From Phycisphaeraceae bacterium (lineage in GTDB: Bacteria > Planctomycetota > Phycisphaerae > Phycisphaerales > Phycisphaeraceae): DNA of 64,000 nt. Shown here in pieces: positions 48,116-58,682 of the stretch. The stretch spans positions 256,001-320,000 of the forward strand of contig OY771506.1 of the NCBI GenBank assembly GCA_963674705.1, written 5' to 3'. A program made the position numbers and the translations under genes. Each line of letters starts with the position of its first letter. Positions within the stretch are counted from its first letter, which is position 1. The notes under the pieces are model-generated. The model was given only the letters and a program-made list of their open reading frames with translations. It did not search any database and had not been told where the DNA came from.

Positions 48116-49342
48116 ATGCCGACATACCGTTACCAGATGAAAACCAGCGGCGGGCAGACCTCGGTGGGTATCCTTAGTGCCGAGAGTGCCCTGGCGGCTG
48201 CGCAGCAATTGCGTAACCAGGGGAACACCGTCCTTCAGTTGACGCCGATCAGCCAGGGCGCGGGCAAGTCCATGGGGGACAAGCTCAAGTCGCTGAACTA
48301 CAGCTCCGGGCCCGGCGCGCGTGACGTGTTGAACTTCACGACGCAGCTTGCGGTGATGGTGCGTGCGGGTATCAGCCTGCGTGCGGCGATCGAAGGCATT
48401 GCAGATCAAACCGAGAACCAGAAGTTCCGCCAGATCCTCCTTGAGATCAAGCAGGACGTTGAATCAGGCAAGCAGTTTTCCGAGGCGTTGCAGAAACACC
48501 CGAAACTGTTCGGGCCGCTGTACGTCAACATGGTTCGTGCTTCGGAAATGTCGGGTAGTTTCAGCCAGATGCTCGAACGTATCGCGGCGTATCTCGCCCA
48601 GCAGATCGAAACGCGGGCGATGGTGATCGGTGCGATGATCTACCCTGTGGTGATCGGTGCGTTGGCGGTGGGTGTGACGATCTTCCTGTTGACGTTCGTG
48701 CTGCCGCGGTTCGCGGCGGTGTTCGAGGGCAAGGAAGCGGCGATGCCCTGGCCGACGATCTTCCTGATGAACCTGTCAGCGTTCATGGTGAGCTGGTGGT
48801 GGGCGGTGGTGCTGGGCCTGGTCGGCATCGGGGTCTCGTTGTGGTTCTTCATCAAGACGGAAGCGGGTGGCTGGTGGTTCGACGCGACCAAGCTGCAGGT
48901 GCCGATCTTCAAGAAGATGTTCCGAGCGCTGTACATCAGCCGAAGTCTGCACACGATGGGCGAGCTGGTGAACGCCGGCGTGCCGATGCTGGACACGCTT
49001 GCGATCACGGGCGACATCAGCGGCAACCGCTTGTTCAGGCGGCTGTGGCGTAACGTGTACACGTCGGTGAAACAGGGTAAGAAGATCGCGATGCCCTTAA
49101 GCAAGAGCCATCTGCTGCCCAAGGCGGTGGTGCAGATGATTTCAGCGGGCGAAGAATCCGGTAAGCTCGGTGAGGTGCTGGACGAAATCTCCAGCTTCTA
49201 CGCCAAGCAGTTGCGTGAAGTGATCAAGACCGTGACGAGCATGATCGAACCGATCATGATCATCATCATGGGTTCGGTGGTCGGCTTCATCGCGATGGCG
49301 ATCATCCTGCCGATCTTCAAGCTGTCGACGTTGGTTAAATGA
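48116..49342 (+). CDS. pilC: PilC/GspF inner-membrane platform protein
   Basis: FTTQLAVMVRAG, YVNMVRASEMSG, YP, GEESGKL, IEP..LPIF. Confidence 0.9.
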   Translation: MPTYRYQMKTSGGQTSVGILSAESALAAAQQLRNQGNTVLQLTPISQGAGKSMGDKLKSLNYSSGPGARDVLNFTTQLAVMVRAGISLRAAIEGIADQTENQKFRQILLEIKQDVESGKQFSEALQKHPKLFGPLYVNMVRASEMSGSFSQMLERIAAYLAQQIETRAMVIGAMIYPVVIGALAVGVTIFLLTFVLPRFAAVFEGKEAAMPWPTIFLMNLSAFMVSWWWAVVLGLVGIGVSLWFFIKTEAGGWWFDATKLQVPIFKKMFRALYISRSLHTMGELVNAGVPMLDTLAITGDISGNRLFRRLWRNVYTSVKQGKKIAMPLSKSHLLPKAVVQMISAGEESGKLGEVLDEISSFYAKQLREVIKTVTSMIEPIMIIIMGSVVGFIAMAIILPIFKLSTLVK

Positions 49343-49591
49343 CGGAAGGGTTTAGGGTGCAGGGTTTAGGGTGTAGGGTAAAGAAATACCTCCCCCCCCA
49401 ACGCCGGTTCTGAGCGAAGCGAAGGGCCGGGTATCAGAGATGAAGCGTTGTGTACTCAGCGTCAGCGGATGGTTTGTATCGGTTATGCGGGTTACGAACA
49501 GCATGATCGATCGTGGAAGTGACGAACGGATTTTTGTTGAGGCTTATCGGATCGTAGGTTTGAAGTTGAAGAAAACCGCAAGGTGTGTGAT

Positions 49592-50167
49592 ATGAACCGA
49601 TACCCGAAGACAAGAACCCGGATGCCGGTACGGCGAAGCCGAGCGCGCGGCTTTACGCTTATCGAAGCGGCGTTGACGACCGTGATCGTAGGTACGGGCG
49701 TACTTGCGATCGTTGCGGCGCAGCAGGCGTATCACCAGAAGAACGACTGGGCGCAGCGCACGGGCACAGCGATGCTGCTGGCCAATGAGATCCGGGAACT
49801 CACTTTACCCATGCCGATGTATGACCCGATCACGGGTAAGTCGAACATCGGGCCGGAGGCAGGCGAGGCGTCGGTAGCCGACTACGACGACCTCGACGAC
49901 TTCGCGGGCTCCCCCAGCGGGGGCGTCTATCCGGGAACGACGTTCGACCCCCCTATCGACGCGTTGCGCAGGCCGATCGCTGACATGGCGGGTTGGTCAC
50001 AGCAGATCACGGTTGAAAGTGTCTGGGAGACAGACATCGCCTCAACGGCAAGCATCCCGTTGGGGACGACGCCGATGATGCGCATGACGGTTGACGTGAT
50101 GTATCAGGGGCCGAACGACGCTTCGGCCTCGACGATCACGACGCTGTCGTGGGTGATTGGGCAGTAG
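49592..50167 (+). CDS. Prepilin-type minor pilin (PilV-like)
   Basis: RG/FTLIE type III signal peptide. Confidence 0.85.
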   Translation: MNRYPKTRTRMPVRRSRARGFTLIEAALTTVIVGTGVLAIVAAQQAYHQKNDWAQRTGTAMLLANEIRELTLPMPMYDPITGKSNIGPEAGEASVADYDDLDDFAGSPSGGVYPGTTFDPPIDALRRPIADMAGWSQQITVESVWETDIASTASIPLGTTPMMRMTVDVMYQGPNDASASTITTLSWVIGQ

Positions 50168-50243
50168 ATGAGCCATTAGCTTTTAGCCGTTAGCCATTAG
50201 CTTGGAACCTTGAACGAAAGAGGAAGTGAGGCCGGGAGTAATC

Positions 50244-52520
50244 ATGATGGCGGGTAAGTCAGTCAAAACCTACCGTCACACACGTGAACGCGGCGCCGCG
50301 GCGGTGCTGGCGATGATGTTCCTGGTGATCTTCTCCAGCCTGGCGGCGGCGATGGCGATCGTGTCGCAGGGCAACCTTCAGACGGCGGACAGCTCGCTGA
50401 AGATCAATCGTTCGCTGGCCGCGGCCGAGACGGGCATGCGGTTCATGATCTACCGGATCAACCAGGTCACCGAGGGCGATCCCGACGCGGCGATCACACT
50501 CGATGGTATTAAAACCCGCGATGGCGAGATCGATACGTCGCTGGCGGACAACTTGTGGACCAACACACGTACACAGTTGTTGAGCCTGCTTTCAACAGAC
50601 TTTCAATACCAGGACGGCAACACGCCGTATGAAGACGGTACACGGCTGGTGATCCCCGAGATCGCGGTCGGGCCGGGCCAGCCTTCGTTCTCGGCGGTGC
50701 TGGAACCGCATCCCTTAGCGGATGAGGATTACGACGCCGGGATGTATCAGCGTCCGCCATACAGTGATATGTCTCCGCCGGTATCGAACCTGGCGCCTTT
50801 GGACAACCGCTGGGTACGCGTGACGGTGACGGCGAGCGACGGCAAGGTCGGTCAGCGTGTTTATCGTTCGATCTCGATGGACTTCAAGATCGAGAAGAAG
50901 ATCCGCTTTGCGCTGTTAAGCAAGAGCAGGATCATGATCGGCCGCAACGTGATGATCGAGGGCCCGATCGGTTCGAGCTTCCTCGAAACCAATCTTGATA
51001 ACGGCCACCCCATCCAGATGGAAAGCGACTTCCGTGGGCTTGACAGTGACCTGGATGATGAACTGGACCTGTTCCGCAATACGCTGGTCAGCAACGATAT
51101 GGATGGTGACAACCGTATCGCCGTCGCCAGCGCGACCGAAACGGACGGCATCACTGATCCCGCGTCGTACGACTACGATCAGGACGGGTACATCGACGAC
51201 TACGACTTTTTCATGGCTAAGTATGACACCAACGCCGACCTGAAGGTCAGCCTGGCGGAGATCGATCCGGGTGGTACGGAGCTGGACCACCAGCAACTGA
51301 TGACGCTGATCGACACGTTCGGCGACCCGGCGCGGCAGGGCTACGGCGACGGCTTTATTGACGAGTACGACCGCTACGCCAAGATCCGCGGCGAGGTGTA
51401 TATCACCGCGGACAAGCAGGGATGGGAAGAAGGCGCAGCCGATCCGGACGGGCCCGGCGGTGTTGCCGGGGCGTACCAGGATTACTTCGAGGGTCCGATC
51501 CATCCGAACTACGGTGAAGACCCGATGACGTTTGAAGCGGATACGGATTCGGTCCACCAGTTCGAGCCCGGCGACTTCGATGTCGCGACGTTCAGGGCGA
51601 TGGCGACCGGCGATTTTGCCTCGCAGGCCGGCGCGCCATCAACGACGGTGTTTGAGCAGGTGCCTTACGGTGCGGCGTATCCGTATGAGTATTACGACCG
51701 GCCGGTCTATGAGAACAAGACGTTTGATAACGTGCTTATCCCGGTGGGAACCAATGCGCTGTTCCGCAACTGTACGTTTGTGGGCGTGACCTTCATCGAC
51801 ACCGCTACGGACAACACCGACCCGAACTTCAACTACTGCGGCATGATCGAAGCGGACGGCACACTCAGCCACCCGGACCGTATCGCGACGGTGAACGGCA
51901 CGGACTACGGCGGTCCTTCCGATCCGCTAGGCACGAAGCAGGTCGCCAACAACATCCGTTTCGACGATTGCACGTTTAACGGGTCGATCGTGACGGCATC
52001 GCCAAACGAGTTTACGCATGTACGTAACAAGCTGTCGTTCACCGGAACGACCCGGTTCATCCTGGATAGTCCGCTGACGGAGGCGGAGAAGTACCTGTTC
52101 AAGAAGAGCACGCTGATGGCGCCGCACTTCTCGGTGGAAATGGGTACGTTCATCGCACCGGACGACATCCAGGAGACGGTGGAGATGTCGGGTACGATCG
52201 TGGCGGGCGTGCTGGATATGCGTGGCCAGGTGAAGATCGTCGGCACGCTGCTGACGACGTTCAACCCGGTCAGCGATACCGGGCCGGTCATCGGCGAGAC
52301 AAGCCCACAGTACAACACGACGCTGGGTTACTTCTCAAGCAGTAACGGTGACCTGGAATCCGAATTGCCGGTGAACGGTATCGGTGTGATCCAGGTGCGG
52401 TACGACCCGTCGCTGCCGCTGCCGGACGGCATCCTCGGGCACATTGACTTTACGCCATACTACTCGACCTATCACGAAGGCGGGAAGAAGTACGTGGACT
52501 ATTTTGGCTACGACGATTGA
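50244..52520 (+). CDS. Large PilX/GspK-like minor pilin with Ca-binding-like motifs
   Basis: RG/AAAVL (no E5), AAETG, DxDxDG motifs (DMDGDNRI, DYDQDGYID, DTNADLKV). Confidence 0.78.
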   Translation: MMAGKSVKTYRHTRERGAAAVLAMMFLVIFSSLAAAMAIVSQGNLQTADSSLKINRSLAAAETGMRFMIYRINQVTEGDPDAAITLDGIKTRDGEIDTSLADNLWTNTRTQLLSLLSTDFQYQDGNTPYEDGTRLVIPEIAVGPGQPSFSAVLEPHPLADEDYDAGMYQRPPYSDMSPPVSNLAPLDNRWVRVTVTASDGKVGQRVYRSISMDFKIEKKIRFALLSKSRIMIGRNVMIEGPIGSSFLETNLDNGHPIQMESDFRGLDSDLDDELDLFRNTLVSNDMDGDNRIAVASATETDGITDPASYDYDQDGYIDDYDFFMAKYDTNADLKVSLAEIDPGGTELDHQQLMTLIDTFGDPARQGYGDGFIDEYDRYAKIRGEVYITADKQGWEEGAADPDGPGGVAGAYQDYFEGPIHPNYGEDPMTFEADTDSVHQFEPGDFDVATFRAMATGDFASQAGAPSTTVFEQVPYGAAYPYEYYDRPVYENKTFDNVLIPVGTNALFRNCTFVGVTFIDTATDNTDPNFNYCGMIEADGTLSHPDRIATVNGTDYGGPSDPLGTKQVANNIRFDDCTFNGSIVTASPNEFTHVRNKLSFTGTTRFILDSPLTEAEKYLFKKSTLMAPHFSVEMGTFIAPDDIQETVEMSGTIVAGVLDMRGQVKIVGTLLTTFNPVSDTGPVIGETSPQYNTTLGYFSSSNGDLESELPVNGIGVIQVRYDPSLPLPDGILGHIDFTPYYSTYHEGGKKYVDYFGYDD

Positions 52521-52569
52521 TGAGGCGCAACGGCCGGGTGATTAACGCCCGGCACGCAGGAGCGGCGAC

Positions 52570-53199
52570 GTGAAAGCAAGACAAGCATCAAGGATCATCA
52601 ACCACAAGGCGTGGGGTCTGTCGCTGGTTGAAATGCTGATCGCGCTTGCGATCACGGCGATCCTGTTGACGGCAACGATGGTGGCGATCGACGCGAGCTT
52701 CCAGGCGTACGCAGCGGCGGCGGAGACGGCGAGCACGCAGTCCGCCACACGCATGGTCATCAACCGTCTGCTGACACTGGTGCGAACGAGTACGGCCCAT
52801 GGCCCCCTGCTCGACGATCCGACGGACACCCCGCCGGTCATCCTGCTGGCGGATGGCGCGACGATCGAGAGCTATTACATGGAGTTACTGGACCCCGATG
52901 GGAACCTGATCCGCATCGAATACCGCGACTCGACACATGCCACGACTCCGAACGAGCTTTGGATGATCATCACCCCGGCCGGGGGCGGGCCTGACCAGGA
53001 ACAGCCGATCATGGGCGGCGTGACGGACGCGAAGTTCTACACGCACCGCAGGTATGACAACGACGGTGTGCTGGTCCTTGAGCGCGGCTCGATCGATCTG
53101 ACGGTCGAGGCGGATGATGACAACACACTTGCACTTGAAGGCGCCGAGCTGCCGCCAATCCGCGTGATCGCATCGACGATGCCGCGGAAGCTGGAATAG
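52570..53199 (+). CDS. Prepilin-type minor pilin (PilW/GspJ-like)
   Basis: G/LSLVEMLIAL type III signal peptide. Confidence 0.82.
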   Translation: MKARQASRIINHKAWGLSLVEMLIALAITAILLTATMVAIDASFQAYAAAAETASTQSATRMVINRLLTLVRTSTAHGPLLDDPTDTPPVILLADGATIESYYMELLDPDGNLIRIEYRDSTHATTPNELWMIITPAGGGPDQEQPIMGGVTDAKFYTHRRYDNDGVLVLERGSIDLTVEADDDNTLALEGAELPPIRVIASTMPRKLE

Positions 53200-53200
53200 G

Positions 53201-53309
53201 TTTGGATTTATGATTTGGGATTTATGATTGACGATGTAAGTGTGCGCCCAAGCAGCTTGTATCATCCTAGAACGACAGATCCTAAATCATAATTCCCAAA
53301 TCATAAATT
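53201..53309. repeat. Inverted heptamer-type repeat
   Basis: TTTATGATTTGGGATTTATGATT ... AATCATAATTCCCAAATCATAAA. Confidence 0.7.
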
Positions 53310-53581
53310 CCTCCACTGTCCCTCTAAGCACATCTCCTACGTTCTTTCCGAGCGAGACCCATTTAGACAACCCACCCCCTTCCCGTTTGCGCCGCCTGTG
53401 CCGTCTGGAACGGGGCTGATAAACGAAGTTTATGGCTATCGGACCTTGCTTTGTGTGCGGTGAATCTTACGTTTGATTGTGAACATTGATTCACGGAACG
53501 GTCCGCCCGGTGTAGGGCAGATCAGATGTAGACGGTCACCGAGCCGTGCAGTCAAGCGAAGAGCAAGCAAAGGAGTTCAAG

Positions 53582-54391
53582 ATGAACAAGTGGACCCTGA
53601 CCAGCGCACTGGTGGCCGCGGGGATGGTCGCCGTACCAGCGCAAGCGGACAGCATCGAACTGACCGGTGTGATCCGAGACTTCCAGACAAGCCATCCCGA
53701 CATGGAGCAGTATCCCGGCACCTACAACAAGGTGATGGATACGCTCGATGAGGACGGCCTGCCGCAGTTGGACATGTCGTACTACAACGAGAAGAAGGGC
53801 ACGAGCGCCCAGAGCGTATACTCGCCTGAGTCGTTTGCCCAGTGGTTCCGTGATACACCCGAAGTGAATATCACGATCCCGTACGCGATCGTATTGGACA
53901 ATGGCCAGAATTACCCGGGCGGTGTCTATTCGTTTGCCCGTGAGAAGCAGATGCCTGCGCCGTACAATTACTTCTTCCCGATCGACACCATGGGCTTTGG
54001 GCTGACCCCGAGCACGGCACAGTGGCCGTTGCGTTGGGCGCCGGGCGGCGTGCACAACTTCCACTTCACCTATGAGCTGAGAACCAAGTTCACGTACACG
54101 AGCCCTGAAGAGCGTGACCTGCCAATGATCTTCTCGTTCACGGGTGACGACGACGTGTGGGTGTTTATCAACGGCAAGCTGGCGGTAGACCTTGGTGGTG
54201 TGCACAGCCAGCAGCAGGCGTCGGTGAATCTGGACAATGCGGCGGAACAGCTTGGCCTGGAACCGGGCGGCACATACACGCTGGACCTGTTCTTCGCCGA
54301 ACGCCACACCAGTGAGTCGAACTTCCGTATCGAGACGACCCTGCAACTCGAGGAAGTGCCTCCGACGACCGTAAGTCCGCTTTATGACTGA
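53582..54391 (+). CDS. Secreted fibro-slime (PA14-related) domain protein
   Basis: Signal peptide; IRDF..HPD, FFPID, HNFHFT, FTGDDDVWVFING.LAVDLGGVH, FFAERHT.ESNFRIET. Confidence 0.9.
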   Translation: MNKWTLTSALVAAGMVAVPAQADSIELTGVIRDFQTSHPDMEQYPGTYNKVMDTLDEDGLPQLDMSYYNEKKGTSAQSVYSPESFAQWFRDTPEVNITIPYAIVLDNGQNYPGGVYSFAREKQMPAPYNYFFPIDTMGFGLTPSTAQWPLRWAPGGVHNFHFTYELRTKFTYTSPEERDLPMIFSFTGDDDVWVFINGKLAVDLGGVHSQQQASVNLDNAAEQLGLEPGGTYTLDLFFAERHTSESNFRIETTLQLEEVPPTTVSPLYD

Positions 54392-54434
54392 TTGATCCCG
54401 GTTGTGTTAACCGAGTGCGTTTCATCCTAGTCAT

Positions 54435-54467
54435 GGCCCACGGGTGCCTCCCCCGTGGGCCGTTTTT
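54435..54467 (+). terminator. Intrinsic terminator
   Basis: GGCCCACGGG-loop-CCCGTGGGCC-GTTTTT. Confidence 0.75.
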
Positions 54468-54740
54468 ATTTGGGGAGATGGGCCGTTAGCCGTTAGCCTT
54501 AGCACTGAACGGCGTGGGCTATTGACGGGGCAATACAGATCCTTTGGGTGTAATCGCCTAACCGCGCAGAACCGAATCGGATCGCAAGCGAATGGGCTAA
54601 CCGGCTGGCTCGGGTGTGGTTTGAATCGTACGTTTTAAGCAATTGGGGGAAAGTAGTGCCTCCCCCATCGCGTGCAAGTGCCTGCATCAGGTACGACTCA
54701 CGGCGTCGCGTGCCGCTCCGGGCGCGGCGCCGTTTTTACT

Positions 54741-55379
54741 TTACACCATGCGTCGGCGGAATAACCCAAGTGCTCCCAACACTGCGATCGATAGCGTCGC
54801 GGGCTCGGGGACGATAGCGCAGCCTTTGATCTTGCTTGAGTCGCCCCCACCGCTGGGTGCGGCACCGACGCTTTGGAGTCGGCCTGCCATGGTTTGGTTA
54901 TCGAATAGTGCCAGGCTCAGACCGTCGGGATGAGACAGTGTGAACATGGTGGTCGTGAGTAAGCCGGAGCCTGCGCCGGGCGAGCCGAAGGCGATACCCG
55001 CATCCATTTTACCGGGCGAGCCGCCGCCGTTGAGGTTGTTGTTAGAGCTGCCGACGGAACCGACGTTACCGGCAAAGTCGTAAGCAGTGATGTCCGAACC
55101 GATCACGCTGAGGTTTGCCAGTAAGGCATCATCACTGATGTCAAACCAGAAGCCGCCCCAGTCGCCGATGTTGTTGTGTCCCGGTTCCTGCACAGTGGAA
55201 AGCGTGACCTGGATATCGTCGCCCACCTGCTCGAAGGTAGCGCGGCCGATCAGGTCGGAGCCGGTGTATTCGTGCATGTCCACCACAAATGAAGCATCGG
55301 CGGCGCTGACGGGTAGAGCCAGCGAGCCGGTTAACAATAGCAGCGACAGCCATCGTGATCGCACGAAGTTCTTAGACAT
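54741..55379 (-). CDS. PEP-CTERM protein
   Basis: GGAG RBS, signal peptide; C-terminus VPEPATLSIAVLGALGLFRRRMV. Confidence 0.88.
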   Translation of the reverse strand: MSKNFVRSRWLSLLLLTGSLALPVSAADASFVVDMHEYTGSDLIGRATFEQVGDDIQVTLSTVQEPGHNNIGDWGGFWFDISDDALLANLSVIGSDITAYDFAGNVGSVGSSNNNLNGGGSPGKMDAGIAFGSPGAGSGLLTTTMFTLSHPDGLSLALFDNQTMAGRLQSVGAAPSGGGDSSKIKGCAIVPEPATLSIAVLGALGLFRRRMV

Positions 55380-55619
55380 GACATGTCTCCAGAGTGGTTC
55401 TCTCTCTCCTACAAGTCTGAAAAATGCAGGTGCGCAGGGCACCACGCACGCAGACATGTGTATGGATAAACCATGCCACAGGAATTGGCCGGGGCCAGCG
55501 GCATCAGCGAAAATTATGCGAATAGTTGCTGTAGCCTGACGTGGTAACAATTAAACAGGCGAAAATACGCACAACCGGAGCCGTGGCTTAAACGCCTGAG
55601 TTAGCACAAATTACGACAT

Positions 55620-56915
55620 TCAGATCTTTTTGATGATCAGCGTGTCGTTCTGCCCGCCGAAGCCGAAGCTGTTGGACAGGCAGACCTCGACCTCGGCGTC
55701 ACGCGCGGCGTTGGGGACGTAGTCCAGGTCGCATTCGGGGTCGGGATTCTTGAGGTTGTGCGTCGGCGGGAGTTTCTGGTCACGGATCGCCAGGACGCAC
55801 GCGATCGCTTCGACAGCGCCGGCGGCGGCGATCAGGTGGCCTAGCATGCTCTTGATCGAACTCATCGGGATCGACTTGGCGCGGTCGCCGAAGACGACTT
55901 TGACGGCCTTGGTTTCGATCGAGTCGTTCTCCTTGGTGCCCGTGCCGTGGGCGGAGATGTAGTCGATGTCTTCGAGGCTGACGCCTGCATCTTCGATCGC
56001 CAGTTGCATACTCTTGGCTGCGCCGCGGCCATCGGGATGGATGTCGGTGATGCGGTAGGCGTCGGCGGTTGAACCAAAGCCTGCAACTTCGGCGAGGATG
56101 GTCGCGCCGCGTGCCTGGGCGTGTTCGAGTGTTTCGAGCACGAGCATGCCGGAGCCTTCACCGAGTACGAATCCGTCACGGTCGACGCTGAAAGGCCGGC
56201 TTGCGGTTTTCGGATCGTCGTTGCGGTTGGACAGCGCGGTGAGGCGGTTGAAGCCGGTGACGCCGAACGGGTGGATCATGGTGTGCGCGCCGCCGGTGAT
56301 CATGACGTCGGCGTCGCCGCGCCGGAGGATCTCGGTGGCTTCGCCGATGGCCTGCGTGGAAGCGGCGCAGGCGGTGAGGCAGTTGTAGGCGGGCCCTTGC
56401 GCATCAAACTCCATCGCAAGGTGCGTCAGCGGCATGTTGGGTTCCTGCTCGATCTCACGCAGCGCGTTCATGTTCTTCGTTGCCGCGGCAGCCCACTTCG
56501 CGCCGTCGATCCCGCGTGCCACATCGTCCCAGCCGGCAAGGTTGGACGCGACGTAGTTATCGAAGTCGAGTGAACCTTCGCCCGAACCGAGGTAGATACC
56601 CAGGCGTGAGCGATCGAGTGCGTCAAACTTATCGAGGCCCGACATCTTCCATGCTTGCGATGCAGCGCCGAGCGCGAAGCTGGTGTTCAGCCCGACGCCT
56701 TCGTGCAATTCGGGATGGGTAACGAGCGGTGTGTGGTCGTAGTCCTTCACCTGGGCGGCAAATGTCGTGGGGAAGGTAGACGCATCAAAGTGATCGATCT
56801 TGTCGATCCCCGACTGACAAGAAAGCAGCGCGGCCCAGACGGTTTCGATGTCATGGCCCAATGGTGTAACGACACCCATTCCCGTAATTACCACACGATG
56901 CTCTGACATAGTCAT
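55620..56915 (-). CDS. fabF: Beta-ketoacyl-ACP synthase II-like ketosynthase (active)
   Basis: TACAAS (Cys), SAHGTGT, KSMLGHL, SNSFGFGG. Confidence 0.9.
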   Translation of the reverse strand: MTMSEHRVVITGMGVVTPLGHDIETVWAALLSCQSGIDKIDHFDASTFPTTFAAQVKDYDHTPLVTHPELHEGVGLNTSFALGAASQAWKMSGLDKFDALDRSRLGIYLGSGEGSLDFDNYVASNLAGWDDVARGIDGAKWAAAATKNMNALREIEQEPNMPLTHLAMEFDAQGPAYNCLTACAASTQAIGEATEILRRGDADVMITGGAHTMIHPFGVTGFNRLTALSNRNDDPKTASRPFSVDRDGFVLGEGSGMLVLETLEHAQARGATILAEVAGFGSTADAYRITDIHPDGRGAAKSMQLAIEDAGVSLEDIDYISAHGTGTKENDSIETKAVKVVFGDRAKSIPMSSIKSMLGHLIAAAGAVEAIACVLAIRDQKLPPTHNLKNPDPECDLDYVPNAARDAEVEVCLSNSFGFGGQNDTLIIKKI

Positions 56916-56964
56916 TCCTTAGTATGCAGCTTAATCACGGAGCACACTGAAATAATGAGTTATT

Positions 56965-57054
56965 AACAGGGATGAACACAGATAAACACGGATAAGTGAT
57001 GGTATCCATCAATTATGTTTTTCCTATCTGTGTTCATCTGTGTTTATCCCTGTT
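56965..57054. repeat. Imperfect inverted nonamer repeat
   Basis: GATGAACACA/GATAAACACG units facing their reverse complements. Confidence 0.7.
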
Positions 57055-57095
57055 ACTTTTTCTCCGTGTCTTAGTGCTATCTGTAATTCTTGTAG

Positions 57096-58433
57096 TTAAT
57101 CCAGTTTCTTTAAAATCAGTGCGGTGTTTTGTCCGCCGAGGCCGGTGTTGTAGACGAGTGCGTAGTCCAGTTTTGCATCGGTTGCTGAAGCGTTGCCTGA
57201 CATGCCATCGATCGGGTTATCGCGGTTGATGATGGCGGGGACTTTCTGCTGCTTGACGGCTTTGGCTGCGACCGCGACGTCGATGCCGCCGCCGCCTGCG
57301 CCGCAGCTACCGACGAGGGGGCGTAAGCCGACGACGGGGATGTCCTTGAGGCGGTCGCCGAAGACGGTGCGGTAGCCGGCGGCTTCGGCCTTGTCCCAGT
57401 TGGGCACGGCGGTGCCGAAGCCAACGATCATGTCGATGTCGTCAGCGGTGATGCCTGCTTCGCGCATCGCGGCGTTGATGCAGGATGTGACGGCTTTACC
57501 TTCGGGATCGGGTTCCATGTTGCGCACGGCACGGTTAACGCTTTGTGAAGCGCCGAAGCCGACGACTTCCGCATAGGCGCTGTTGCCGCCACGGGCTTTG
57601 TAAGTTTCTTTAGCTTCGAGCATGACGATCCCCCCACCGTCGCCGGCGACTGTGCCCGCGGCAGCGGTGTCGAACGGGCGGACGGCGTTGGTCGGATCAT
57701 CGTTACTTGATTTGTTGAGCCTGCCGGTCAGTTGCTGGCGGAAGTAGACCATCGGGTTCAACTTGCAGTCGGCTCCGCCGCAGAAGCAGAGGTCGGCGTT
57801 GTTGCGTTGGATGACGCGAAGCGACTCGCCGATCGAGAGCATGGCGGAAGCTTCGCCGCAGGTGATGGTGTTGGATGGGCCTTGCGTGTCGTGGATGATG
57901 GTGACGTGGCAGGCGAGCATGTTGGGCAGGTACTTGAGCAGCCACAGCGGGGTGAGGTGGTTCATCCCGTCGCTGCCCCACTTGTGGATGTCGAATTTGC
58001 CCGAATCATCCTTGGCTTCGTTGAGCGCGCTGGTCAGTTCGTCGAGTTCCGCGGCGATGAGGCCCGCGCCGATGTGGCAGCCGACACGTTCGGGGTTGTA
58101 CGTCGGTTTGAAGTCGCCGTTTGAGCCGGCATCGGGGTCGGTGCCTTTGGTGGCAAGACCCGCGTCACGGGCGGCGAAGTCGGCGGCGATGACGGCCAGC
58201 TCGATGTCACGGGCCATGACCTTGGTAGCCTTGCGGTGGCTCTTGGGGACGAACTTGGCGATCTTGTAGTCTTCGACCTCTGAGCCGAGGGTGCAGTCGA
58301 AGCCGCTTGGGTTGAAGGCCTGGATCGTGCTGATCGCGGTTCTGCCCTCGCAGACGCCTTCCCAGACCGCTTCGATCCCCAAGCCGAGGCCGCTGACTGG
58401 GCCGACGCCGCTGATCACTACGCTACGTGTCAT
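57096..58433 (-). CDS. Catalytically inactive ketosynthase homolog (chain-length-factor-like)
   Basis: KS-fold motifs, but TCGEAS (Cys position holds Glu), GFGTA instead of HGT, VGSC instead of GH. Confidence 0.85.
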   Translation of the reverse strand: MTRSVVISGVGPVSGLGLGIEAVWEGVCEGRTAISTIQAFNPSGFDCTLGSEVEDYKIAKFVPKSHRKATKVMARDIELAVIAADFAARDAGLATKGTDPDAGSNGDFKPTYNPERVGCHIGAGLIAAELDELTSALNEAKDDSGKFDIHKWGSDGMNHLTPLWLLKYLPNMLACHVTIIHDTQGPSNTITCGEASAMLSIGESLRVIQRNNADLCFCGGADCKLNPMVYFRQQLTGRLNKSSNDDPTNAVRPFDTAAAGTVAGDGGGIVMLEAKETYKARGGNSAYAEVVGFGASQSVNRAVRNMEPDPEGKAVTSCINAAMREAGITADDIDMIVGFGTAVPNWDKAEAAGYRTVFGDRLKDIPVVGLRPLVGSCGAGGGGIDVAVAAKAVKQQKVPAIINRDNPIDGMSGNASATDAKLDYALVYNTGLGGQNTALILKKLD

Positions 58434-58682
58434 AGATTGCTTCCAATGAGTCCAATCGTGCCCGTCTCGCACCGGGCGGGTCAAGCCACGCATTGTACGG
58501 CTTTGACACACACGCGGGCAAAGATACCTGAATCTACCCTAACTGCAGCCGGCAGCAGGCTATTCCCCATACATGCGAGTCCTTATATAGATACACTACG
58601 GGACCCGTTTTACGGTAGAAAACGGCGATCTGAGATCGCCGACTAAGCGGTGCAGACCGTGAACTGATTTTGGAGGCTATTT

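Noticed and set aside
55380..55619. Sigma54/PrsR-type promoter for the PEP-CTERM gene
   Set aside because: TGGCA is present on the minus strand but the -12 GC is missing at the required spacing
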